A stretch of 64,000 nucleotides of DNA from Tubiluchus corallicola (lineage: Eukaryota; Animalia; Priapulida), in NCBI GenBank assembly GCA_030141605.1, contig JAQGDQ010000746.1:1-64000 (forward strand), given 5' to 3'. Shown here piece after piece: positions 40,601 through 52,600 of this stretch (the stretch's first letter is position 1; every line of letters begins with the position of its first letter). The translations under genes and the position numbers were made by a program. Below the pieces are notes generated by a model that was given only the letters and a program-made list of their open reading frames with translations, was not told where the DNA came from and searched no databases.

Positions 40601-43600
40601 CTTAAATAATTAGATACTGGAGAGTAAATTAACAGTTTAACTCTCTAAAATCAGGTAAACAGATTAAATCACAAACCTACTTAGCAGCTACTTAGCTGAT
40701 AATGTATAAAAATTAATGATTTAAGTGTAATTGATATATTACACAAATGTGCTTCTTTAAATTTGTATACTTTACGAGACATAGGCTGGGAAAGTATGTA
40801 CACTGCAACAGATAATGCATAAGAGAGATTTCAGTAATTAGCTATAAACACACAATCCGCAAGTAAATATGAGAGGCGAGTATGAAATGTGTGCTTGCAA
40901 ACTAAAACTGTCCATAAGTCGGCATAGTTAAAACTACGTTATGATGCTTCAAAGTAGAAAAATCCAAAAATTTGGAAAATATATTGGACTTTTATATTCT
41001 ATCATCAAATTATCAAGAAAGTCAAGACCAGACCTTCGTCAGGAAGAGCCATCTACTGGATTTAAATATAACTTCAATGTGCTCTTGCTTTGTAGCAACC
41101 AACATTTGTACGGTTGCTAAGTGTTTTGTAGAGACACGTCAAAAAACAATGGCTGACGTTAACAGCGATTTTCTCAAGGTTATGTTTTTCAGTGCACAGC
41201 CTGCAACTCAACTTTAACATGGATTATCTCAGCTTAGAAATAACATATAGTGATGAGCTTGATATCAACATGATCCTCATGAAATGGAGATTCAGGATGT
41301 GAATGAATAACTGGAAAAACCTAATTGCCAATTTACAGTGATTTTCCTAAGCAAACACACAAATCAGTATCGAGCAAAAAAACACTCTAACTAGATATAG
41401 AAAATTATTTACTTTCATAGCAAAAACCAAAGCATAATGTATTAAACTAATCTTAACAACTTACAAACTTACCGGAATTCGACTAACTCCCATGAAATTC
41501 TGATCAGCATACCGCTCTTGTAAAAACCTCAGGGAAACATCCCTACTGTCAACAACAGGACGCAGTAAAATGCACCGCTGTATGTGCAACACGCAAGAAG
41601 CCAAGTTTTGCATTGTCAAACCGGTGAAGTCCGTCATACTGGAGGGCCAGACAGGCTGCAAATTCAGCATTACTCGACACAGAAGAATCGAGCTACCGGC
41701 AAGCTGTGCGTAGGTGTACATGCCGAGTTCAGACTGCAGCAGAGTGAAATCACACAGGTAGTTGGAGAGATGCCTAGCTTTCAGGCCAGAAGCAACAATG
41801 ATGTGAAACAATGAGAGGTAATCCAAAGCGGTCAAACTGACTATGTTGCCCATGGCAACAGAAGCTATTTCTGCAATCATATGAACGACATCATCATATT
41901 TATACGTATTATCAGTCAGCCATGCCGCCTCACGTATAGTAACTATGTCCTTACTCAGAAACCTAAAAGAATAAAAGAGAAAATTACTTGCATTTATACA
42001 CATCACTATAAACTAAAAGTTGACACAAAACGAAAGTGAGAGTTCATTTGCTACTAAATGCTAATTACATTAATTAAAAATAATTAAAAGCTAATGTATA
42101 AAGATTAATGTATGAAAACCAGCAGCCCTATCTTCCTATTAACAGAAATAACCAATTAAATTAATACTGAGTTTTCTGACACCAAATTTAACACCGTTAA
42201 CACTTTTTGACATCCAACACAATCCTTTTACAGAAATCTTTTCGGAAATCAAAAATTTTACTGGGTGGCATTTAAATCTATACAGCTGACTGATTAAATC
42301 ATCAATAGGCTTAGCTATGATACCATACATACATACAGGCATAACGCGTATTAAAAATATCAACTGAGCTGCAGCAGAAAAATCGTATCACGAGGTTTTT
42401 TCAAATTGAATTCAAATTGCTGGGACTTTGGGAAATCTCCGTGTAAAACGGGATTTCATAGTAACGAGTTTCGTATCAACAATAAGTGATTAGATAGATT
42501 TTATGATAACCGTGGCAGGAACATAATAAAATCATCTTGCTACTAAGAGCTTTGTTATACTTTATAAACAGAATTGTATTACCTGGCTTCTACTGTACTG
42601 TATAAATATGTTTACAAAAAATTGCATTAACCCTTTCATTACGGAAGGCGGCACACTGCCGCCAATGTTTTTCATGCAAGGGACAGAAGGCTGTAGACTA
42701 CCGTCCAAGCTCAGTACTAAGCGCAGTCACCCAGGTCTGTTTATTTCACTGCTATGTAAGAACATTGTAGAAACATTTAACAGCCGTGAGATTGGGGGGT
42801 TGCTTAGCAACAAGTAACGCTAACCAGCCAATCAGTGTCTGAAGCCAGGTGCATCTACAGATTTTCCAATTCTTGTCTTTCACTATTTCTGTACAACGAA
42901 GAGCAAGTCGTAACTAACGTCACACTCAACGTACAACGAAGAGCAAGTCGTAACTAACGTCACACTCAACGTACAACGAAGAGTAAGTCGTAACTAACGT
43001 CACACTCAACGTACAACGAAGAGCAAGTCGTAACTAACATCACACTCAACGTACAACGAAGAGCAAGTCGTAACTAACGTCACACTCAACATACAACGAA
43101 GAGCAAGTCGTAACTAACGTCACACTCAACGTACAACAAAGAGCAAGTCGTAACTAACGTCACACTCAACGTACAACGAAGAGCAAGTCGTAACTAACGT
43201 CACACTCAGCGTACAACAAAGAGCAAGTCGTAACTAACGTCACACTCAACGTACAACAAAGAGTAAGTCGTGACTAACGTCACACTCAACGTACAACGAA
43301 GAGAAAGTCGTAACTAACGTCACACTCAGCGTACAACAAAGAGCAAGTCGTAACTAACGTCACACTCAGCGTACAACAAAGAGCAAGTCGTAACTAACGT
43401 CACACTCAACGTACAACAAAGAGCAAGTCGTAACTAACGTCACACTCAACGTACAACAAAGAGCAAGTCGTAACTAACGTCACACTCAACGTACAACAAA
43501 GAGCAAGTCGTAACTAACGTCACACTCAACGTACCTTGAAACAAGAACCAGAGCCGATATTCCTACAAGCTGCAGATTGGCTTTGCTACAACAAGCGTTT

Positions 43601-46600
43601 CTTAAATACAAATCCGTGAGTCTTACTGTCAAGTGCAGCACCTGCTGACTGAAGTTTTTCATTGTCACGACTTCCATCAGCCAGTCTATTAAAATATACC
43701 TAAAAGGAAAAAGAACTAGTTTTTCTACAGTGAGTGAAGCACGACATTGGCAATTGACACATTTGACTAAAATTTACAATTCATTTTGTAATTCATTCAA
43801 ATGGTTAACTTATACTAAATTTCCCACAGGAGATATTTAAGCAGAAACTAATATCATTAAATCTTGTACAGAAGAAAAGTATCTAGCTCATCTTTTAAGA
43901 ACAGATAAAACAGACAATACGCATATTGACCGTCAGCGTGATTTGTTCTACGTACGATCGTGCTTCCTGTATACGTGGGTATGAGAAACAGGAGTTGGTA
44001 CTTAGAGGGGGGGACAGTATCCCAGACAAGTTTAACATGTCTGATGGTGTGAGGCAAGGCAGCTGCTTGTCTTCTAAACTATTTAATACTGAGTTGCATA
44101 TTAACAGAATCAAAAACTGATTCGCTTTTACATTTATTATTTTCTGTTATATAATCATATACACATTTTTTCTTGCTGAGAATTTTGTAAACAACTGTAC
44201 ATAATTAACATTTTATTTAATTCATAACTAATTATTGTGATACTTATTCATCATCTTCATTTATTATTATTCCTTTTTTCACTTATGCTTGTTTTTATAT
44301 CTTTGCTTTTGTTATTATGTTATGTCTATATGTCTATCTGCAGCATAACCGTTAATTTTTAATATACTAATCTATTTATAAGAAAGGGCAGGAGACTAGA
44401 TGACCCTATGGTCCTTCCCTGCCCTGCTCCATGACTATAATTACTTAATATTTTAAAAAATTTGATGTTAAACTAATTGGAGAAAATAAATGTTCTATTA
44501 TTTTATTGGAAATCCATATTCTAATCAACTTATGTACGCTGATGACACCTGTCTGATTGCTTCTACTATAACGAGTCTTCAGTATTTATTAAATTTGTAC
44601 ATGAATTATGCAGTACAATATGATATTAAAGTGACCTATACAAAAACAAAACTTTTAACCTTCGTACGGAAACTGTCTAATGGGTACTGGATTCAGTCTA
44701 CTACAAAATCAACGCGCACTGCAAATGATTTAGTTAGCTAGTTTATTAATAAAATAAAATAAATTAATAATATCGTACCTCATCATGCTGTTTAGCTTTC
44801 TATTCCTGAAGAAAATGACGTCACAAGCGCTGCGCTTTGACACAGAAACAAAATGGCGTACGTAGAATTGTGCTTGGTCCACGGGAATGCCGCCATATTT
44901 ACCCAACACGTAGGCTTCGCACAACGCCAACTTGGCTTCGTAACAGTGAGTGTCGCTTAGATCACGCAACTTGCGTAAACTGTCCAGGTGGGCTGCCCGA
45001 TCACCTAACTGCACAACCAAAAAAAAATGTTGGAACGTTCTAATATGTTTTTTATACATTTCTTCTGCACAACAAGTTTTCCATTACTGTTAAGATGCAA
45101 GAAACTGATTATTACTGAATTAACAAGTTGGTGAGCGAGTTGCATGGCCAGAATTTCGAAGCGACCCCAGCCCGCCCCCCGAAAAGATTCGCGCAGGTGC
45201 TCTTAACCACGAATATGGTTAGATACATGCAGATTTTACATTAATGTTAAACAAATAAAGAAATACTGGCACTAATCTCACTTTTTCGCTTTTTGCCTCA
45301 TGTTAGAACATACGCTGATATATTGCGCTTGCAAGCTTACTTAGTTACTTCACAAGTATGTTTGGTGCACTGGGTCGTTCATTCAGACTTGCAAGTAAAA
45401 CTGTAGTGTTCTACGCTCGTTGCCAAGCCAACAAGAATGCAAACCCAGGCAGACGGTGTAAAGTTTGGATAAGTTACTTCACAAGTATGTTTGGTGCACT
45501 GCGCCGTTCATTCAGACTTGCACGGAAAATTGTAGGCCTCAACGCTCGTTGCCAAGCCAACAAGAATGCAAAACCCAGGTAGACGGTGTAAAGTTTGGAT
45601 AAGTTACTTCACAAGTGTGTTTGGTGCACTGGGCCGTTCATTCAGACTTGCACGTAAAATTGTAGGCCTCTATGCTCGTTGCCAAGCCAACAAGAATGCA
45701 AAACCCAGGTAGACGGTGTAAAATTTGGAAAAGAACGATTTGTCAAGTTATCAGCAAAAGTTTTTTATGTTTCCATATAAATTTAGAGCAATTCTTGTTT
45801 CAAATGCTGGTTGTATATTTCTTGTCGAAGGAAATGATGACTGTGGTTTACTGACAAAGAGAAGAATCAACCAAATTCTAATTGTTTTGAAGATTGAATC
45901 AGAAAATTTTAGATCTCATTTTGAACAAGATGTTAGTACTGATAGTGATTAATTCTTATAATAAATCACTTTAATTGAAATTCAATCTTCACTATTCGCA
46001 ATAGTTATAATTCATTGTACTTGAACTATGTAATTTACACTTTGATTTTACGGATTTTCGTAAAAAGTTGCGGCGAGAATCTGTTTAGGTTCTGGCAAAA
46101 TATAACAAAATTCTTGCCCTCTGAGTTGGTGAAGTTACTTGGAATAACTTAGTCATTTACCTCGTCAAAATTTTGTGAAAGACAACCTGTACTTTATCTG
46201 CATACCGTTTTCAAATGCTGATCTTTCCACAGTGCAAAGGATGCCCACGGTGATCCGACGTCAGCTGCTTGTTCAAACGCTGTACGTGTACCTGATATGT
46301 CGTCATGTTCCACCATATCTTGCACAGTTGCTAAGCAGGTAAGCATCTTTGCCGATTCCTACGAAAAGTAACCATCAATGAGGTTTCATCACATGAAAAT
46401 ATGCGGCCTGTAGAAAAAACGCTCTAGCGACGCTTAGTGTGACTCTTGGAAGGAAATACATGGCTCTTTAGAAAGAGGAAGAACAGGGCTACACGATGAT
46501 GTGGGCTACATGTTAGGACACGTCCACCAAGAGGAGTGACGACGAGTTAATGAGATGTTCTATTAACGGCAATTTTCGCTTGGAAAACTGCTGACGCAAA

Positions 46601-49600
46601 GCCATTGTTCTGATGTCATCCATTATACTCTGTCTATGACCTTATAACTTTAATTCAGTAAAAACTGCTGGTCGCTTTGCGTTATAAATGAGGACTATGT
46701 AGGATGTTCGCGTATTATTGATTATAAGATTACTTATACGCAAATTTTTTTGCCGGGCCTTTGCTAGTACACACATTAAAAGTGGTATCTTATATAACAA
46801 AACATTCTTTTAAAATACATTCTGGGAAAGAAATAAGTTTTCAAAATCATTGCACACATACCCGATCAATCCTAGTCACATTTTTGAGGTAGTTAAATGC
46901 AACAAATTTATTGCAGTTGTCCGAGAATGCGCTCCACGGAGGCCTCAGAAACACCCATGTGAAGGGAGCAACGCACGGTGTGAGCGTCTCGGCCCTGGCA
47001 AATGCCCTAGCGGCGTGAACCGCAGCTTGGGAGCCGAGAGAGTCGTTGAAAGTCGGCCCTAAAGCAGAAACAATCTCATTAATTAAACGCAAATAAGACC
47101 ACGTTTTCACAACTGTAAAAGCAGCCTAGCTAATTCTACACGACGACCATCAGGACAGCAAACGATCAGTAAAGCAAAAGAAAACCCTCTTGATACATAA
47201 AGCTTAAAAATTCATCTTGAAATCAACCCAACATACTGAGTGGCCTGATCTTTCCTTTACCACACCACAAACAGTTTAAGAGATAAGAGCAAAATAAACC
47301 CAACATACTGAGTGACTTGTTCTTTCTTTACCACACCACAAACAGTTTAAGAGATAAGAGCAAAATAAACCCAACATACTGAGTGGCCTGATCTTTCCTT
47401 TAGCACACCACAAACAGTTTAAGTGATAAGAGCAAAATAAACCCAACATACTGAGTCACTTGTCTTTCCTTTACCACACCACAAACAGTTTAAGAGATAA
47501 GAGCAAAATAAACCCAACATACTAAGTGGCCTGATCTTTCCTTTAGCACACCACAAACAGTTTAACTGATAAGAGCAAAATAAACCCAACACGCTGAGTG
47601 GCTTGTTCTTTCCTTTAGCACACCACAAACAGTTTAAGAGATAAGAGCAAAATAAACCCAACATACTGAGTGACTTGTTCTTTCCTTTACCACACCACAA
47701 ACAGTTTAAGAGATAAGAGCAAAATAAACCCAACATACTGAGTGACTTGTTCTTTCCTTTACCACACCACAAACAGTTTAAGTGATAAGAGCAAAATAAA
47801 CCCAACATACTGAGTGACATGTTCTTTCCTTTACCACACCACAAACAGTTTAAGAGATAAGAGCAAAATAAATCCAACATACTAAGTGGCCTGATCTTTC
47901 CTTTAGCACACCACAAACAGTTTAAGTGATAAGAGCAAAATAAACCCAACATACTGAGTGGCCCTGATCTTTCCTTTACCACACCACAAACAGTTTAAGA
48001 GATAAGAGCAAAATAAACCCAACATACTGAGTGACTTGTTCTTTCCTTTACCACACCACAAACAGTTTAAGAGATAAGAGCAAAATAAACCCAACATACT
48101 GAGTGGCCTGATCTTTCCTTTAGCACAGTACAAACAGTTTAAGAGATAAGAGCAAAATAAACCCAACATACTGAGTGGCCTGATCTTTCCTTTAGCACAC
48201 CACAAACAGTTTAAGAGATAAGAGCAAAATAAACAACATACTGAGTGACTTGTTCTTTCCTTTAGCACACCACAAACAGTTTAAGTGATAAGAGCAAAAT
48301 AAACCCAACATACTGAGTAGCCTGATCTTTCCTTTACCACACCACAAACAGTTTAAGTGATAAGAGCAAAATAAACCCAACATACTGAGTGACTTGTTCT
48401 TTCCTTTACCACACCACAAACAGTTTAAGAGATAAGAGCAAAATAAACCCAACATACTGAGTGACTTGTTCTTTCCTTTGCCACACCACAAACAGTTTAA
48501 GAGATAAGAGCAAAATAAACCCAACATACTGAGTGGCCTGATCTTTCCTTTACCACACCACAAACAGTTTAAGAGATAAGAGCAAAATAAACCCAACATA
48601 CTGCGTGATTTGTTCTTTCCTTTACCACACCACAAACAGTTTAAGTGATAAGAGCAAAATAAACCCAACATACTGAGTGACTTGTTCTTTCCTTTACCAC
48701 ACCACAAACAGTTTAAGAGATAAGAGCAAAATAAACCCAACATACTGAGTCACTTGTCTTTCCTTTACCACACCACAAACAGTTTAAGAGATAAGAGCAA
48801 AATAAACCCAACATACTGAGTGACTTGTTCTTTCCTTTACCACACCACAAACAGTTTAAGAGATAAGAGCAAAATAAACCGAACATACTGAGTGGCCTGG
48901 TCGAAAACTATGTACTCCCTCTTCCAAAAACAAATATAATGAAACAGTCATCTAAATATAATGCTATTAAAATATGGTCATCAATTCCGCGTGAAATGAA
49001 AACTCTTAATCTTTATCAATTTAAAAAAGCACCAAAGAATTACCTACTACAACGGTATAATTAACTCACAATTTTACTCATCCTGATCTTAAGTTACTAA
49101 CAAAACTTAAGATCTGTTCTAAACTTAAAACTTTTGTTCTAATGTATGTTATAACTGATGAAAATGTAATGTTAATTGTCAATTGTTTCACTTATCTGGA
49201 GGAGGACTCGAAAGCTCAATACTCCTTCCTCCTCCTCACAGTAACTCGCATAGTTTATTTTATTTTTTGCAATGTTATATCAATTTATATGTATGTTTGA
49301 GTTGGTGTGGAATAAATTCATAATTCATAATTCAAGCAAATGAAAACCCTCTTGATACATAAAGCTTAAGAATTCATCTTAAAATCACTTACATGCTGCC
49401 TTATCATATGCAAGGTTGAGTTAGCAGCAACACTGTATGAAACTAGTAAATTTAAACACTCGTGCAGCCATTTTACCAGTAAATTGAATTGAAACAAGTT
49501 TAGACAACATTGCGTAAAGTTTGAAAGCAAAAATTCAAATTACTTTAAATCGTGAATAAGATGAATAATCTGCTTTTTGGTGAATTAATGGAACAAACTG

Positions 49601-52600
49601 GAATGGCGATGCAGTGCACACTTTGATGGCGATGCAGTGCACGCTGGGATGGCGATGATGCAGTGCACGCTGGGATGGCGATGCAGCGCACGCTGGGATG
49701 GCGATGCAGCGCACGCTGGGATGGCGATGCAGCGGACGCTGGGATGGTGATGCAGCGGACGCTGGGATGGCGATGCAGTGCACGCTGGGATGGCGATGCA
49801 GTGCACGCTGGGATGGCGAATGCAGTGCACGCTGGGATGGCGATGCAGTGCCGTTTTACCAGACGATACGAACAAATTAATAAAAATTTGCTTTTCCAGT
49901 TGTCCTTAAAGCAAAACCGGACCCAATCTTAAACTTTAGGTCAAAACAATCTACTCGTTAAAATATTGAAAGGAAACATATTATTTTTTCAAAAATGACT
50001 TACGTGAAAGAATTATAACCACACAAATACAATTTCGCATTCGCGCCACTAGTTCTTCGTTGTTTCATGCATTTCGTCATTCGCTAGCTAGATGGGCACC
50101 AGTATATGCATTTCGGAAACACATTGCACAAAAGACAGGTGCTCTACCTCTTTCTCAGATCGATCTTTGCATTTACAAACACATGCACCACGCTCGTGGA
50201 ATAATTTTGCTGTAGAAAATCACGTTAGTTTGCGATGACATCAATAGTTGGGCTCGCCCGCCGTTAATTAAGTTTTTAATCAATTATTTAATTATCAGAA
50301 ACGCTTTTGCAGTATTAATCGTGTTAAAATGTATAGTTTTTATCGGACTTGAAAACGGGATAGTATATGAAAAATCATCCTGTCTTCTTTTAAGTAAAGT
50401 AAGTCTTTTAAACGGATAACGCTAAGTAATATACTTTTGCTTTTGCATGGAAATTCTTTTTTGGGGGATGTACTTTTACATTCCCTCTTCCTCCCTCCCT
50501 TTGAATGATAATAATATTTGACTAAGTTGAAAGTGTTTCACTTGTAAAAATTTTATGGAATGGATTGTTTGATATTCTGTTGATCATGACAGTTAAATTA
50601 TCAGTTTTCCTCACATGCTTATCACAATTATAATTATAGTGAGGAAAAGACAGATTAGCTAATCTCAGCGAGCAGTGATAACAAAAGTTAAGGACAAGAA
50701 AAGTGGTACCTGAAGTAGGTTTCAGAAAAATCACCTTAAAAAATTATTTTACTTTACAGCAAAATTATGCATATATCGTACTCGCATTGAAAGGATTTTT
50801 TGTTTGTTTTCATTTTAAATCTTCCGCAATACTGTTCCGACCGCATCATTACATGACGTCACCTAAGCACAACGCAAATCAAGGGAAGAAAGGGCAATGT
50901 TAAATTATGTTCGAAAAAACTTTCCATGCAAATCTATATTAATTAGCATTTTGCTTACCTGTTAGAAAGACTTATGTAATTAGAAATAATAATTTAAAAT
51001 GTTTGTGCTGATTGGTAAAATGTCGCTAATTTAATCTTATTGACAAGATACAGTAATTTAAAATTTTACTTAGTTAGTGATGTGTGCGCTACGAATACTC
51101 AGATTGTTTTTTCAAACTTTACTCAGTGCTATGTAAACTTGTCTCAAACGACCTACCATCCAAATAGCTGTGCCTAACGGTCATTGCAAGAGTTTAAATT
51201 TACAAGTTTTATACAGTGTTACTGCCGGTGCAAGACCTGCAAGCAAAAATGCAGTATGCAAGCAGTATAAAAATTTCAAGGCGAACTTTTTAAGCTTTGT
51301 GTATGTGGAGGGTTTTCTTGTGCTTTAAAATTATGAAACAGTGTAATTTATATTATCTGGAAGTAGCAGTAATAAACACAAAAACACTCAGTTCTTAAAC
51401 ACATTAGTAACTCACAATCAGTAACACAAACACATTAGTAACTCACAATCAGTAACACAAACACATTAGTAACTCACAGTCAGATGTGTCATCGTACAAG
51501 TACGCAACTCCGAGCTTGATAATAGCTTCAAGGTTTCCGTGATCGGCTAACCTGAATAAAATTTAATAAGAACCAATATAACTCTTTGCCAGGGAGGACT
51601 CAACAATGTGTTTTGCTAGGTTCACAAATAAAGCAGTGATGAGATAACGATTTTTGATGCCACCTTCTAAATACAGGGTTCCCACAGAATTTTAAAATAA
51701 ATTTCCCTGATTTTTCCCCAACCGAATATTGATTTTCCAGGATAACCAAGATAAGCAGAAATTGCATTACCAGTATACATATTCAAACATTTTTGTGTAA
51801 GGACATTCATACATATACTGATATATAATGTGTCGGCACAGTCGCAGTAGTGCTAACGAAATTGTACTAATCACATTAAATAATCTTGCTTAATCCAATC
51901 ATTATTTTTGGACCAGAAATCGAAACTGGGAACCGACCATAGGAAAATTTCATTTGAACACAAATCGCTGAAAAATCTATTTGGGAAAATATTGGTTCAT
52001 GGCGATTATTTTTGCAACCCTTTCCAATTTCTCTGACTGTTTGCCCAATTTTCATCAGTTTCCCTGACTTTCCAGGATAGCCTGTATTTTCAAGGATTTT
52101 CCCTTAGTGTAGGAACCCTGTAAATACATCTTAAGGCACATTTTACCGAGCATGCAAACTTTCAGCTTGAGGTTGGTTTTTGCTTAAAATTTGACAAATT
52201 ATAAACTCTTGAACACAGAAATATAACAAAAGCCTGACAAGAATAAATTAAAGGAGAAGAGAATCAAATTTTAAAGATACATTCTTGCAGGCAGAAAAGG
52301 CTGTAGATACATGAGAATTATGTGTGATTTGATTTAATTTACTTCTTTATTTCAAACTTTCGTTCATATATACAGCAAAAATACAAGTAAATAAACAACA
52401 CAAAGCACACAAAGAAAACACAACACAAAACAACATTACAAATAATAATAATAATATTTCGTATTGGCTTCAATCATTATGTCAATGAATATCAACAATG
52501 TAAAAAATTAAGCATACAATTTCATTCTCCAAATCTTTCTTATACTGGAAGTAAATAAAGTATCACTAACAAATATCGTTCTATATGTTACCGTTTGATG

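Noticed and set aside
47419-48743. Cys-rich 24-aa repeat ORFs resembling zinc fingers
   Set aside because: Frame-preserving 72-bp satellite broken by indels; CCNF splices in frame across it.
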